A stretch of 63,109 nt of DNA, filler included, from Octopus bimaculoides (taxonomy: Eukaryota): NCBI RefSeq assembly GCF_001194135.2. It is 7 parts of 7 records of this genome, joined end to end, with 100 filler letters (N's around TTAATTAATTAA, not from the genome) between each part and the next. Parts side by side here need not be neighbours in the genome. Positions count along the whole stretch, not along the records: positions 8,705 to 17,132 come from NC_068991.1; positions 17,233 to 41,773 come from NC_068993.1; 5 more parts are not named here. One strand, written 5' to 3'. Of this stretch, positions 13,211 to 26,965 are shown piece by piece. Both the position numbers and the translations under genes were made by a program. The notes under the pieces were generated by a model. It had not been told where the DNA came from. It saw only the letters and a program-made list of their open reading frames with translations, and made no database searches. Each line of letters opens with the position of its first letter. Position 1 is the stretch's first letter.

Positions 13211-15249
13211 ATTGTATATACGTATATATATATACATATGCATATATAAACTACAGGCATATTTATACAAATGAAGGCGTATGTTCGAAACGAAATGAAG
13301 TGAAAGTGAATTTTAAATTCTCTTTAATGTATATGTACAATCATAAGGTTTTTCTGTTCCTGTGTATGAGACGTAACCACAAAGCGGTAAGAGTTTTCAG
13401 TGCATTTGTAGACATGACTAAACAGCATGTGACTAGATCTTGCTTATTTACCTATTTATTTATTTACTTATTTGCATTCTATATCTAAAACATAAATACT
13501 GAAGGAAAACGCCGATCGGAGCGAGATTGTAATTCCGACCGTAATTACACAAATCGTTTAACTCGAAGCTCTGTAGTATTTTTCAGTCAATGGATTACTA
13601 TGACTATTAATACGAAGGTGGTACAGCTTCTCCCCTTTAATTACAGACGCGTCGTACAAAATGTTTTGCGGCATTTCGCCCGTCTTTATTATGTTCTGCG
13701 TTCAAATCCCACCGGGGTCGACTTTGTATTTCATCCTTTCGGGGCGGATGAAAAAGTACCAATCGAACAATGGGGTCGATATAACCGACCCTTAAAATTT
13801 CAGGTTTTGTGCCTATAGTAGAAAGGATTATTAAATGTGTCTTCGTTTTGTGCCCTGATAGCAAATATCTTCCTGATAGCAAATAAAAGAAATCTTTGAT
13901 GTTTTTGTTAAGGCGGTGGGCTAGAAGAATCAGTAGCATGCCGGACAAAATGCTTAGCGGCATTTCGTCCGTCTTTACGTTCTGAGTTCAAATTCCGCCG
14001 AGGTCGACTTTTCCTTTCATCCTTTCGGGGTCGTCGATAAAATAAGTACCAGTTGATCTCTGGGGATCGATGTAATCGACAGGCTCCCCTCCCACGGTGG
14101 TGGTTGAATATATTCGTAAGTCCACCATTTCGTCAATCGCAGCAGCTTCCAGGCTTCACCACCAATTCAGTTCTCAACTAAATTACAAACTGTTAACAGT
14201 TTTAAAGAGGATACCTCCTCAGCTACACTTTGGCATAAATAGTTTGAGATTTGCTTCAGTAGAAAAAGAGTTACATCAAAATATCTGCGGCCTCAATGGA
14301 GGCAGTAAGGCACCTATTCACCTTGAATTAACATAAACTTTTTAATTTTAAAATAAAAGTATACTTTTCTTAGGCTTAAATGATAGAAAAATGTATGAGG
14401 AATTCAGTCATTAGTCGCATTGAACAAAAATTAGTAGAAGAAAAGTTATGGAGTGAAATACCACGAAATTTCGTGTAAGAGAGTAAGGAAGTAACGCTTA
14501 TCAATAAGAATATTAATAAAGAATATATTGCTAGAATGAATGTTTCAGCTTCAAGGCGGCTATCTGGCAGAAGCGTTAGCGCTTCGACCGTAGTGCTTAA
14601 CAGTATTTCCATTGTATTTATGTTTTGAGTTCAAATTCCGCCGCGATCGACTTTGCTTTTTATCCATTTCGGATCTATTCAATTTGACGTACAGATTATT
14701 TAATTAATATTTTAAAACTAAACACTTTGAAACTTCCGATACTGGTACAATATGTCACATACAACAGGGTTTACTCTTAACATTTTGTCGATATGCTTAT
14801 AGATTGAACGAAGACTCTATTATAGTTTATTCTGTAATCAGTAAAATAATCCATGATACATTTAAAAAAGATGATAATGAAAATTGGAAAAGAGATGAGT
14901 CCGTCAAGGGAAAATGTTCATAAATCTTCACTTGAATGAATTTGAAAATAGATGTTTTGATGGGAATTAATGAATTACATTTATCAATATGAAGAGTTGA
15001 ATTTTGCTAAATTGTTTCATTATATTCACTTTTAGACGTCTTAAGTGTTTCTAATGTCCTTTTCCTAGTAATTAAAAAGAAGCTTAAATACATTTCAATT
15101 AAAAGAGAGTAATGAATTCTCACATCGACTATTTCAAGATGGTACTCCAGTATGACCGCAGTTTAACATAATCTGAAAACTTAATTCTGTTAGATAGAGA
15201 TTATTGTTTTTGCACTCTCTTTACTCTTTTCTCTTTTACTTGTTTCAGT

Positions 15250-15422
15250 CAACCTTGTCACACTGTGTCACGCTGAATATCCCCGAGAACTACGTTAAGG
15301 GTACACGTGTCTGTGGAGTGCTCAGCCACTTGCACGTTAATTTCACGAGCAGGCTGTTCCGTTGATCGGATCAACTGGAACGCTCGACGTTGTAAGCGAC
15401 GGAGTGCCAACAACAACAACAA
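15250..15422 (+). mobile_element. SINE family A 3' half (other partial or diverged copies: 21190-21297 -, 38490-38760 -, 57050-57330 -)
   Basis: Identity to the 3' half of the full copies. Confidence 0.85.
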
Positions 15423-16995
15423 CTTTTGCGGGGACATAAATAAACCAATACTGGTTATCAAGCAACCGTGGGCGATAAAACACACCCACAAACACACANN
15501 NNNNNNNNNNNNNNNNNNNNNNNNNNNNNNNNNNNNNNNNNNNNNNNNNNNNNNNNNNNNNNNNNNNNNNNNNNNNNNNNNNNNNNNNNNNNNNNNNNNN
15601 NNNNNNNNNNNNNNNNNNNNNNNNNNNNNNNNNNNNNNNNNACCATACTAGAAGTAACTTGCCCAAGATTCCACGCTTGGAACTGAACCCGAAAACAAGC
15701 TTCTTAACCACACAGCATTGGCTATCAAATGGGATAAAATTGGCATCAAATTTTGGCACAACGGCAGTAGTTTCGGGGGAGGGGATAAGGTTAATTAAAT
15801 TGATCCCTGTACTCAACTGGTACCTATTTTATTGAACGCGAAAGGGCGAAAAGCAAAGTCGACTCGGGTGGAATTTGAACTCAGGACGTTAGGCGGAAGA
15901 AATGCCATTGAACTGTGATAGAATTAAATTTTAAAAAAAATATGTTTAAGACCATAGTGAGTGTTTACTATCAAGTGAATCAACCACTCAATGTACATGT
16001 TGTATCGGACTTGGGTGAATGTACCCAATATTAACTAATAACAGGATTTGAACGCTTGACGTAGAGAACTCTTAATTTCCTCAATTTTTAAACGAATGAA
16101 AGGCAAAGCCAATCTCATACAGTCGTAACTAAGGCTTTGTAAAACATTTAGCCCGTCACGCTACCCTTCTACCCGTTCCACACCCTCTACCTATCCTCAC
16201 CCTCAGCGGTTCGCCACCCTCTCTTAAGAGGTAAATGAATTATTGATTACCTTATTTTTTCATATTATTCATTTATTTTTTCATTTATTAGGCGCTATTT
16301 ACATAATTTATGTTCCAATGAGAGAGATTTTTTTTTAAAGGAGAGGGAGAGAAAGAGAGAGAAATTGAGAAAGGGAGGTAAGGAGAGAAGCGAAATAGGA
16401 TTATCTCCACAAAATAGGATTATGTGTACGGAAAGCGATTAAGCTATCTCAGATTTAAGTGATGACCGGACTGGTGGTGGAGATGTTCAGAAAATCTCAT
16501 AATTGTCATTGTCTACGGATAATACTGATTTTCAATAACAACGAAACGAGTATTGTAGACGACTACGACGACGACGACGATGACGATGACGACGATGACG
16601 ATGACGATAACAACCAAGATGAACATCAGTGGACCAATAAGTGAACCTCGGTCAACTAGAAATAATAGCCAGCTCACTCTTAAATAACATCAAAAAGTGT
16701 TTAAGGAGAAGAGTTAGCAAAAACACATTAGGCTGTGTAGCAAGAAGCTTGCTTCCCAACCACATGGTTCTAGGTTCTGACCCACTGCGTGGCACCTTGG
16801 GCAAGTGCCTTCTACTATAGCCTCAGGCTGACCAAAGCCTTGTGAGTGGATTTGGTAGACGGAAACTGAAAAATGTCCGTCGTATAGATCCCCCACACGC
16901 ATCTGGAGAACATTGTTTTTCTTTGTGGTTGGGTCGTTGATGACCTCTTTCTAGCATATTGGATGTCCACCTAGTGGTCATCCCTTATACACGTG

Positions 16996-17026
<31 letters not shown>

Positions 17027-17039
17027 AGATATTACACAG

Positions 17040-17132
17040 CTCACTAATTCCGGAAGAAGAAACTGTTATAGTAACCATAGAGGGAAGGTAGAATGTAGAG
17101 CCTGTCGGTATTCTCTTGGCTGCATTGTTTTG
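17040..17132 (+). mobile_element. Fragment of a related ORF1 (pre-knuckle region)
   Basis: 'IPEEETVIVTIEGR...CRAC' resembles the region just before the zinc knuckle. Truncated by an N gap. Confidence 0.4.
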
Positions 17133-17689
17133 NNNNNNNNNNNNNNNNNNNNNNNNNNNNNNNNNNNNNNNNNNNNTTAATTAATTAANNNNNNNNNNNN
17201 NNNNNNNNNNNNNNNNNNNNNNNNNNNNNNNNAATGTCGCAAGCAGCTTTTGCGGCCTTAGAACCTTGATTAAAAGCAAAAAGAAGGAGGTGTCGAAAAT
17301 GCTCGTTTTTCTTAACTTGACATTCCATTTTAATGATTTGAAAATAAACAAAAATTAACTAAAATTAATTAGATAAAAAACAAAATAGATTCCAGAATGA
17401 TTCAAAAATAGAATTCTCGAAAAAAATAGATTCAAAACTTTAAAAACGCAATAAATTCCAAAATTAAAAAAAAAAAACGCGGGAACTTAGTTGCCAACCC
17501 GATACGTACATAAATCAAGCGTGACAGGTTTTTCGGAGTGTGTCTTCATTTATAATTTTCAGATGAGTCGCTTCTTTGTGTCTTCTCAGCACAGCAACAC
17601 AAAGGAAATTAGTATTATGCTTGTTCTATCAAAGGTTGTCCTACTCAGAGATTGTGGCTCTGATTTTCTGTTCTATATACACAGGCACG

Positions 17690-17872
17690 CAGGAAGTAAA
17701 TAGACACCTTTAATTTTCAAATTTTTTTTATCTAAGCGTCTTAATGTTTTCAGCGGTACAGAATTTCCAATGTCATTATTCTTTTTCATTCTAGGTGCCA
17801 TTATATTAAACATTTGCAAAGAGTAACCATGCCACGTACAAAAAATTCAGCAGAACTGTCAGATTTTGAGAG
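17690..17872 (+). mobile_element. Left end of the same Tc1 family
   Basis: 17690-17719 is the reverse complement of 43915-43944. 17815-17870 nearly matches 42830-42885 (transposase start). Confidence 0.85.
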
Positions 17873-18485
17873 TAATGGTGACCGTTTCCAACTTTAAAAA
17901 AAAAAAACCTAGTTAAATTATGCCTGTGTTGGAAATTTCCTATCAGGCGGTTCTAACCTATCTAATACATCAACTCTCAACTTTGGTGTAGGCGAGGACT
18001 TGTAACGTATCCCTGATTGTTCTCTCTGTACATGGAAGACCTGATATATGTTCGTGTTAGCTGTAATACCATAAGTGATATTCCCCTTTGATATCTGTCA
18101 GATTAAGGAAAACATCTATAGATATAATTCTGAAAACAATTATTTCTCCGACAGACTGGCAAAGTCGAAGTTACAAACACTACTCCGCTCCTCACTTTTT
18201 TCTTCTATTTGTATAACAGAAACTCTTTCTAATTTGAAAAAGTATATTTCTTATATCTGAGAAATATTCACTGCATACACAGTACACAGATACACGCACA
18301 CACAATAAACACAGACATACACACACACACACAAATGCACACATACGCAATCAAGCAAATTATGTATATAATTTGTATGTGCACACACATACGCATCCAT
18401 ATACTTCATTACATAAACAGACACATGATTTAAAGAAACTAAATAAAATGTTAATTTATTGCACATTTTCTTCAATCTATTTCAG

Positions 18486-18657
18486 TTATACTTGACGGTA
18501 TGCCATGCTTAATGGGAAAGATAATGGAAATAATAGGAAATTCATCAACGGATACATTGGAGAAATTCAAGCAGCTCTACAGCAAAGGGTCAAGTTTATT
18601 TATAGACATGATGAATCAAAAAATGACAAGAGATGAGTACGACAGGAAATATTGTCC
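18486..18657 (+). CDS. Internal coding exon of an unrecognised putative GPI-anchored 4-Cys protein (xILDGMPCLMGKIMEIIGNSSTDTLEKFKQLYSKGSSLFIDMMNQKMTRDEYDRKYCP)
   Basis: Pyrimidine-rich acceptor cattttcttcaatctatttcag|TT and donor TGTCC|gtatgt. The frame is open, phase 1 at the start and phase 2 at the end, matching the 21930 exon. Contains an N-glycosylation sequon (NSS). Confidence 0.8.
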
Positions 18658-18723
18658 GTATGTAGAGAAAACTTATTTCAGTATTTAGACAATACACGAA
18701 TGACAATTCGTAGATACAGGCTC

Positions 18724-19140
18724 AAAGGCAGCGAGTGGGCAGAAACGTTAGCACGCAGGGCGAAATGCTTAGCAGTATTTCGTCTGCTGTTACGTTCTGA
18801 GTTCAAATTCCGCCGAGGTCGACTTTGCCTTTCATCCTTTCGGGGTCGATAAATTAAGTACCAGTTACGCACTGGGGTCGATGTAATCGACTTAATCCCT
18901 ATTCTGTCCTTCTTTGTCCCCTCTGTGTTTAGCCCCTTGTGGGCAATAAAGAAATAAGAAACGTTAGCACGCCGGACGAAATACTAGCAGTATTTCATCT
19001 GTCTTTACGTTCTGAGTTCAAATTTGTCTTTCATACTTTCGGGGTCGATAAATTAAGTACCAGTTGTGTGCTGGGATTGCTCTAAACGACTGGTCCTCCT
19101 CCCCCAAAATTTCAGGCCTTGTGCCTAGAGTAGAAAAGTA
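18724..19140 (+). mobile_element. SINE family C dimer (tail 1, then a headless copy with tail 2), in the host-gene intron
   Basis: Junction ...GCAATAAAGAAATAAGAA|ACGTTAGCACG at ~18960. Confidence 0.9.
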
Positions 19141-20493
19141 TATAATTAGGCTCAAATCTTAACGTCCTTAGTTTAGATCTTACTAGAGTTGATTCTTATC
19201 TCTCCCGGTCGGTATAAACGATAACAACAATATGCCATAATATATACACCCACTTTCACAAAGTTTTAGCACAATGGTGAAAAGGGTTTTCAATATTCAC
19301 TCCTTGGTAGATTCTAATATACGATGGACGTAGATGCGAATAATCAGTTCAGTCTGCGGATAAATGGCTAAACTATGCCCTGTTCATAATTATACTATAT
19401 GTTACATATATATTATATCATACCTTGATACTATATGAACAGGCCGCTGGTATTTGTAGAGTTTTAAACGCCTTCTGTATGTAAATTAGGGACTCCTTCA
19501 TAGAGTAACTGCTGCATTTGTTGGGTATATAAACAGTTTGGCTGCTTGTTTCTCTGAAGACTGTCAGAATGATGTAGACGCCACTGATGAGAACCAAATA
19601 AGGTTCGAAAATAGTTTAAGGTTGTTCCTCATTTTTTTCTGTCTTCGGGGAAATGGCTAAAATTTGTCCATATTGATATACACGTGATTACATGTGATTT
19701 ATAAGAACTATATCCGCATACATATATACTTTGAGCATTAAAAGATAGTAACACAGTATATTCTATTGTCTGGCAAATAATTAGCACGGTGATAATAGAT
19801 AGATAAAACCTTTGTCTGCAAGAAATCTACCAGATTTTCACTTCTAAATTTACTTTTATAAACACAAGATAGGAAGAGGCTCTAAGGTGTCCACACTTGA
19901 GAAAATATACGTTTAAACGATTTAAATACACACAATTATGCTGGTTACAATAATGAATATAATAATTAATGATATACAAATGAGCAAATATTCTGCTCAA
20001 TACCACAGATTTGCTTGTCAGTTGTTTGACCATAACTAGTTGAGCATGTCCCTTAGTGGCTGACGATATGTGCATCTCTGATCATGAGCAGAAGTAGTGG
20101 CAGAACGCCATGTGCTGAGATTTAACCATGGGTGTTTCGTTCAACATCTTTAAACAGCCCCTATTCAGCGACCTCTTTTCAGCGGGATGGGCTACAGTAT
20201 ATATACAGTGAAGCTTTACTATACCATCGTATATTATCGACTGTTATTTCCAGTAAACATTAGTGCATTGCTGTACCACTATCCGATATTTATACTTTAA
20301 CCCGATGGTGCTTTGTTTTACTGAGAAGCAACACTATTGTATTGCACTATTTAATAATTTTTATTATCTTGATCTTATGATATTTACTTTATATTATATT
20401 ATACTTATTTATTGTGCTTTTAATTATTAATTTTCCTACATGTGACAGTGGATTTTCATCGATGAGTTCATGAACCTTGGTTCTTTTCCCTAA

Positions 20494-20495
<2 letters not shown>

Positions 20496-20562
<67 letters not shown>

Positions 20563-20612
20563 TATACATACACATAAATAAATGGATATAGATTGCTAAG
20601 CATATATGTAAG

Positions 20613-20644
<32 letters not shown>

Positions 20645-20870
20645 CATACATGTATATTATATATGTGAATGTATATATATACATATATGTGTATGTGTAT
20701 ATATATGTGTGTGTGTATATGTATATATACACATATATATATATGTGTAGGTATGTATATATATACATATATATGTGAATGTATAAACATATATATATAC
20801 GTGTATGTATGTATGTACGTATGTATGTATGTATGTATGTATGTATGTATGTATGTATGCATGTATGTAT
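20496..20870. repeat. Compound (TA)n/(TATG)n microsatellite (similar tracts at 13085-13260, 24530-24760, 31326-31520, 31975-32198, 51480-51700, 52120-52570)
   Basis: Direct reading. Confidence 0.95.
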
Positions 20871-21299
20871 GTGGGTTTGTGGTGTGCGGGTGGGGGCGTG
20901 GGTGTGTGTAAGATGTAAAAGGGATTTAAACATTCAGGCAGATGTCTATAAGAACTCAATGTTAAACGAATTTTATTAACGATAACAAACAATCAAATAG
21001 TAATAGATGTATGTAGAATAAACATCCAAGGTAAATTTTCATATATAACAAATAAACTCAATTATCGTTTTGAAGGATTTGAAGAAATTCGAACTATAAG
21101 ACAATGAGAATAAGAATTAAGATATCACAACTTTAATTAATGATTACACTGTACACTACCGATGATTGTTTCTATTTTGCCACCTTTTGTGTTGGCACTC
21201 CGTCGCTTACGACGTCGAGGGTTCCAGTTGATCCGATCAACGGAACAGCCTGCTCGTGAAATTAACGTGCAAGTGACTGAGCACTCCACAGACACGTTG

Positions 21300-21560
21300 A
21301 GGTGCTAATGCAAGAATGGATGTCAAGATATCATTATGATCACGGAACATCGAACTTGTAGCCTCCAGTCTCGTCAAATTTTATTCCCAGAGATCACATT
21401 TGGAGTATTGTAGAAAGGTAGACAATTCGACATCTTCACAATACCACAGCTTCACTGAAAACGACCATTTAGGGCAGACAAATCAATTATTTTTTACTCG
21501 CATTAAAGCAAACATCGAAGCTGAAAATGGATTCATAAAAAATTCTTATCAGAAAGTTTA
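21300..21560 (+). mobile_element. Tc1/mariner transposase C-terminal remnant
   Basis: Decayed 'PPVS.NF.P.DHIWSIVER' and 'TRIKANIEAENGFI' motifs. Confidence 0.6.
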
Positions 21561-21929
21561 TCGAAAAAATACACACAATTACGTTTTTGACAGACTCGTG
21601 TTGCTTTATTAATTTACCAAACGCCTTCAAATATTCCTCACAACCTGTATTTTCTAATGAATTTCACACGTTTTGTTGAATGTCTTATATCAAAGTTGTG
21701 ATATATTTAATGAACTGACAACCGGAAGTGATATCTGTAGAATAAACTGAAAATTTTATGATTCTATTATAGAAACGCGTATTTTAACATTAAATATACA
21801 TTGCTCTGTCTCTCGTTTCAAGTTGTACTTAATTACATATTGTTGTCGTTATTTTTTGTACCACTTCTAGTTTTGAAACACCTATGGAAACTAAAATGAT
21901 ACTTCAATATGTTATTTTTATATTTTCAG

Positions 21930-22131
21930 AATTTTGAAAGAAGGAATTGAGGATCTGAGCCTATTTAAGTGTGAAGAAAAGTTTAATAAAGTGGTTAAAG
22001 ACTACGCCTATGATATAATGTCTGACAAATGTAGATCAATCAACAAAATTGATTCATCTGGTATAAAATCACTTCCAAATATCTCCCTCATTTCCTTGTT
22101 GTTTCTAATCTTACTTTTTGTTATTAGCTAA
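21930..22131 (+). CDS. Terminal coding exon of the same gene (ILKEGIEDLSLFKCEEKFNKVVKDYAYDIMSDKCRSINKIDSSGIKSLPNISLISLLFLILLFVIS*)
   Basis: Acceptor gttatttttatattttcag|A. The phase-2 join CC|A gives Pro in frame. The C-terminus has small residues (DSSG), a polar spacer and a 16-aa hydrophobic end, typical of a GPI signal. ATTAAA at 22219 and AATAAA at 22426 lie downstream. Confidence 0.82.
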
Positions 22132-23911
22132 AGAAATCTCAATGACTTATTCAGCGATTAACCCCATTCCCACAAAGCTTCGTGCCTAAATCAGAAACCA
22201 TTTTTTATTGTTATCATTATTAAAGTAACAATTACGTACTGAGTTCGATAAATTGCTTGCTTACCTTTTAAACAGACTTTGCATTTAATATTTCCGTAGA
22301 TCCTTAACATACTAATCAATTACTAGATTTATATAATCACCTACAATCCTTTTTATTCTTACCCAGCCCATCGAAAGAACACTGTAATTCTTCTCCCCAA
22401 AAGAGATCCTGATTTGTTATAAGAAAATAAATGTCATAAATATTACAGTTATTGTTTGTTTGTTGTTATTGTTGTTGCTGCTGTTGTTGTTGTTGTTGTT
22501 GTTGTTGTTGTCGTCGTCGTTTCTGTTTACTCGTTTGTTCAGAAAAGAGTTGTTGTCTCCATAGCTTTCCTATTTCTGGAAAAAGTGGCTGCGGCTTGAT
22601 GTTTCTAAGTTCGGAACATGCTGCTTCTATAACCTTCGCCGATCTGCAAGAATTAGAAGAAACCCTTGTGCTCATAGCCTTTGTAGATTTTAATGAACAT
22701 CTTGCATCAATGGCATGTGTAGATATCGAAGAGTGCTTATGTCCACAGATACAGATGGGGCTGTATCTAAAGCAATTTTAGTTTGAAAAGAGTAGCTTAG
22801 TCCATAGCCATCGTTCTTCTTCAAGAAGTATCTGTGATCATACCTTTACATACATGAATGGAAGACCTATGACAAAGTAAATCAAGTCGACACTAGCTAG
22901 TGCGTAAAATTTAATGGAATCCCTTCAGTTTGCCTAAGGATGCACATGGTTCATCGAATGGTGATGAATGTACTTTGTATGGATCCTTAGTATCGCAGTG
23001 TGATGCTAAATTCTCAAAATTACCCAATCATCTTAGATTTCCACAGATGTTAAATTCAATTCCTTACATATAAGACCGCAGCCCACCACAAACTACGAAA
23101 AAAAAAAAGAAAGAAATTGCTTTTCAACCACATGATTTCGAGCTCAGATCCGCTGTGTGGCACCTTGAGCAAGCGTCGAATGACCAAGGAATTTGGCAAA
23201 CGGAAACAGAAAGAATGCTATCTCGCACTTCTTACATCTCCATCCTCTTACTTTTAAACTCCTCCTCTCCTTATCCTCTCTCTCCACTCACCCTCTCACT
23301 CTTCTTACACTTACACTCCTTTTACCTTCTCCCACTACTAATCCTCTGCCTCTCCTACCCTATCACTCCTCTTACTCTTTCCCTCCTCCTGCGCTCTAAA
23401 TCATCTTACTCCCTCCCTTTTCTCACGCTCTGCCTCTTCTTACTCTCCCCCTCCTCTTACTTTCTCACTCCTCTTATCTTTTCCTTCCTCTTACCCTCTC
23501 CCTTCTCTTACCCTCTCCCTCCTCTTAGGGTCTCCCTCTTCTTACCCTCTTCTTCCTCTTATCCTGTACCTCTATGTAATTGTTTTCAACTATCAGACCA
23601 CGTTGTTTGTGGCCGCACCAGCTTAACCGACTCGGATCTAGCTACTAAATTAGAGTACTTCTTATCGCATGGCATACCTTCAGCCCTTTGACCTCATGTA
23701 GTAATGAAAAACAAAGAAGACGCAATACTATTGTAACTTTAAATTGTTCTATATAAAGGTCTGACAAAGGCAAAAACTTAAACTATATTGCAATGTTTAT
23801 TGTGAGAATATGACAACTATGATGCTCATTCAATCAAAAGCTAATTGTGTGTATGACGATTTGCAAGAGGAGAAAAGTGCAATTTCTTTTTGCATTCTGG
23901 TTAATAGATGC

Positions 23912-24298
23912 TGGAGGCGCAATGGCCCAGTGGTTAGGGCAACAGACTCGTGGTCATAAGATCGCGGTTTCGATTCCCAGACCGGGTGTTGTGAGTGTTT
24001 ATTGAGCGAAAACACCTAAAAGCTCCACGAGGCTCCGGCAGGGGATGGTGGCGAACCCTGCTGTACTCTTCCACCACAACTTTCTCTCACTCTTACTTCC
24101 TGTTTCTGTTGTGCCTGTAGTTCAAAAGGTCAGCCTTGTCACACTGTGTCACGCTGAATATCCCCGAGAACTACGTTAAGGGTACACGTGTCTGTGGAGT
24201 GCTCAGCCACTTGCACGTTAATTTCACGAGCAGGCTGTTCCGTTGATTGGATCAACTGGAACCCGCGACGTCGTAAGCAACGGAGTGCCAACAACAAC
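23912..24298 (+). mobile_element. SINE family A, full length, with a 9-bp TSD
   Basis: AATAGATGC at 23903-23911 and 24299-24307. Confidence 0.93.
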
Positions 24299-24527
24299 AA
24301 TAGATGCCACTTTGACAGGTTGGTCGCTTCACTTTGCACAACGTTAGAATGACTGGTAAAACAGCAAGTTATGACGTTAAAGCTACCACTAATTATCCTA
24401 AAACACTTGATATTTTTTATCCTGGATGTGTTCACTTATCACAAGTATATAGTATTGATGAAAGCTTTTCTGGAAGTACATACTTAAACAAATGTATGCA
24501 TGCACGTTCCTATCTATGTCCTCTCCC

Positions 24528-24601
<74 letters not shown>

Positions 24602-24725
24602 CTCTCTCTCTCACTATATATATATATATATATATATAATATGGATAAAAATCCAAATTTACAGGTAAAAACTCAATTAAATTCAATAACATACATACAT
24701 ACATACATATATATACAAACATACA

Positions 24726-24756
<31 letters not shown>

Positions 24757-24974
24757 GTAATTATAAGTATATACAGACATATATACTTATTGTTTATACA
24801 CCTGCCTTCGTCTTTTGTTTTTCTGTAAATTTCAACCATACATACATATACGGCAATTTGTTGCGTAAGGCTGGAACAATGCGGAAGATATAAACTAAAC
24901 TACAAAAAGAAACATAAAAAAAAACAAAGTTATAGCTTTATCTTGTATTTCTATATTCAGAGCTTATAACCACT

Positions 24975-26340
24975 TCTTCAGAACATTTGAAAAAGTGAGA
25001 GATGGAAAGATCGTTGATCAGATGCCTGGAGATGAAGGAGGCTGAAAGAAGACGGGGGGAGTTGACATGCACTGACTGGTGTGCTATAGTAATTAGTCTG
25101 TTTCGTGCAATACCTTCTCGTTTTCATTGCTGGTCTCAGTTTGTTGAAAATGAAGGCCTCCATGATTTTTAGACTGCGCCCGCTGCGTTGAGTGGCTGTG
25201 GTGGAGACATTGAAATCCGGGGTCTGGCACATCTTTTGGTGTATTGTGATTGAAGTGTCTGTCCGCATATATTCTTTTATTCGAGTGTGCTGTCAATGTA
25301 GAATGCGTCACATTTATTGCAGAATATTTCGTATACCACATAGGCCCTCGAGCAAGTTTTGAAGTTATTGGCTAATATTATCTATGGTATTATTCCTAGA
25401 CAGAAATTTTCACAGGAATGGGCTTCTGTGCACTATCTATATGTTGAGGCTTTTCCTGTCGATCGCATGTTGTATAGCCGATTGCTTCCTTCTGAGGCAT
25501 CAGAATATCGTCAACATATACCGAGAAAAAGACGCATGAGTGCAGGTGTCTCCAGTTGGTCCATGTATGTGATGACCATCAGTGCTGAGCGTCTATATCC
25601 CATCAGCAGACCAGGACTTTGTTCGTATATGCCGCAGAAATAAGGAAGTTTAAGAAAATACATTTCAGACTTGGGATCATGGACCTTTATATGGTTTACT
25701 CACTTTGGTGGATTTTTAGAATCAATCATTTGGGTAAAGCTGGTGGGTAGACGCTACGCTATGTATTAAGTTCTTGATGGACCGTTTGGTGTTGGAAGCT
25801 TTGCCAGCTGTGTCACTGTATTACTGATTATGCGTGTGGTTTCATTTTGTACGTATACAGATTGGGCTCTGGTGAGCAGGGCTGATTCGCAGTGCTCGAA
25901 TAGGTTCTTACTGGCTATTTTCATTAAAAAGATAGTATAGATGGAGCCCTTCTCTGCGATCATGATTTGGACATCCAGCAGAGAAAAAGCTTCAGACATG
26001 TTTGAGTGTGTGTTCTATCTCCATTCTTGCATGCTTGTCGGCGTTGCTTAATCTCTGATGTATGTCAGAGGGGCAAGGGAAAAAGAAGGGCAAGGGGAAA
26101 AGAAAAGAAGGATAATGAAGGAATAGTTGACCTTTAGATGAATAGAATAAAAAAGGAAAATTGAAGGAAGGGGAAATACAACAGTGGAGTGGGGATAAAT
26201 TAACGTCGGAAACTTTGCAGTGTAGAATGAAAGGAAATTATTTCGAAATTCGAAAGAAGTACAATGTGCATCCCAGACGTTATTGTAATTTAAGTATATC
26301 ATAACTACACATATAAGCTGACCTATCAAATTTTGTTACT
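24975..26340 (-). mobile_element. Penelope-like element remnant (RT thumb and GIY-YIG region)
   Basis: 'FSLLDVQIMIAEKGSIYTIF..KIASKNLFEHCESAL' (thumb-like) and 'TAHSNKR...RHFNHNTPKDVPDPGFQCL'. Heavily decayed. Confidence 0.6.
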
Positions 26341-26479
26341 CCAGATCGGAGACAACAGCTCTAACAGCACTTTGAACACACCTTACTAAGCACTGCTTAT
26401 CACATCTGACTAGTTTACAGTGATTAGTTTGCTTTTGAGACGTTTGGAAACTGGCTATGCAGTAAGGTTTTGCGTTGCA

Positions 26480-26745
26480 CTGAGAAAAATGTAAAATAAA
26501 CTCATGAAATGCTCAAGCCTCCTTATAGATTAACATTTTGCTTGTACAAGAGGATCGATCGCGGTAGAGAGGAGGTGAGAGACAATAAGTGGTATGGGAG
26601 GAAGAAGGATTTTAGAACATCAGAGATGATGGAGAAGATTTGCAATTTTTCTAGATGAAGAACATCCTGTGTCTGTCAAGACATTAAGCATTCAGACTGG
26701 AGTTGGTGTGGCAAATCTGTGCAAAATTATTTATGAAGATCTGAA
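26480..26745 (+). mobile_element. mariner transposase N-terminal (HTH) remnant
   Basis: Decayed 'RGEVRDNKWYGRKKDFRTSEMMEKICNFLDEEHPVSVKTLSIQTGVGVANLCKIIYEDL' resembles mariner HTH regions. Confidence 0.65.
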
Positions 26746-26965
26746 CATACATACATACATGCATACATACATACATATATATATATATTTANNNNNNNNN
26801 NNNNNNNNNNNNNNNNNNNNNNNNNNNNNNNNNNNNNNNNNNNNNNNNNNNNNNNNNNNNNNNNNNNNNNNNNNNNNNNNNNNNNNNNNNNNNNNNNNNN
26901 NNNNNNNNNNNNNNNNNNNNNNNNNNNNNNNNNNNNNNNNNNNNNNNNNNNNNNNNNNNNNNNNN

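Noticed and set aside
14374-14920. Two possible exons (MIEKCMRNSV...PRNFV and LNEDSII...GKCS*)
   Set aside because: An in-frame stop immediately follows the first acceptor, there is no link to the 18486 exon, and no protein is recognisable.
22452-22781. Poly-Cys or poly-Gln ORFs as genes
   Set aside because: They are driven by a (TGT)n microsatellite; the adjacent sequence has no splice support or recognisable family.
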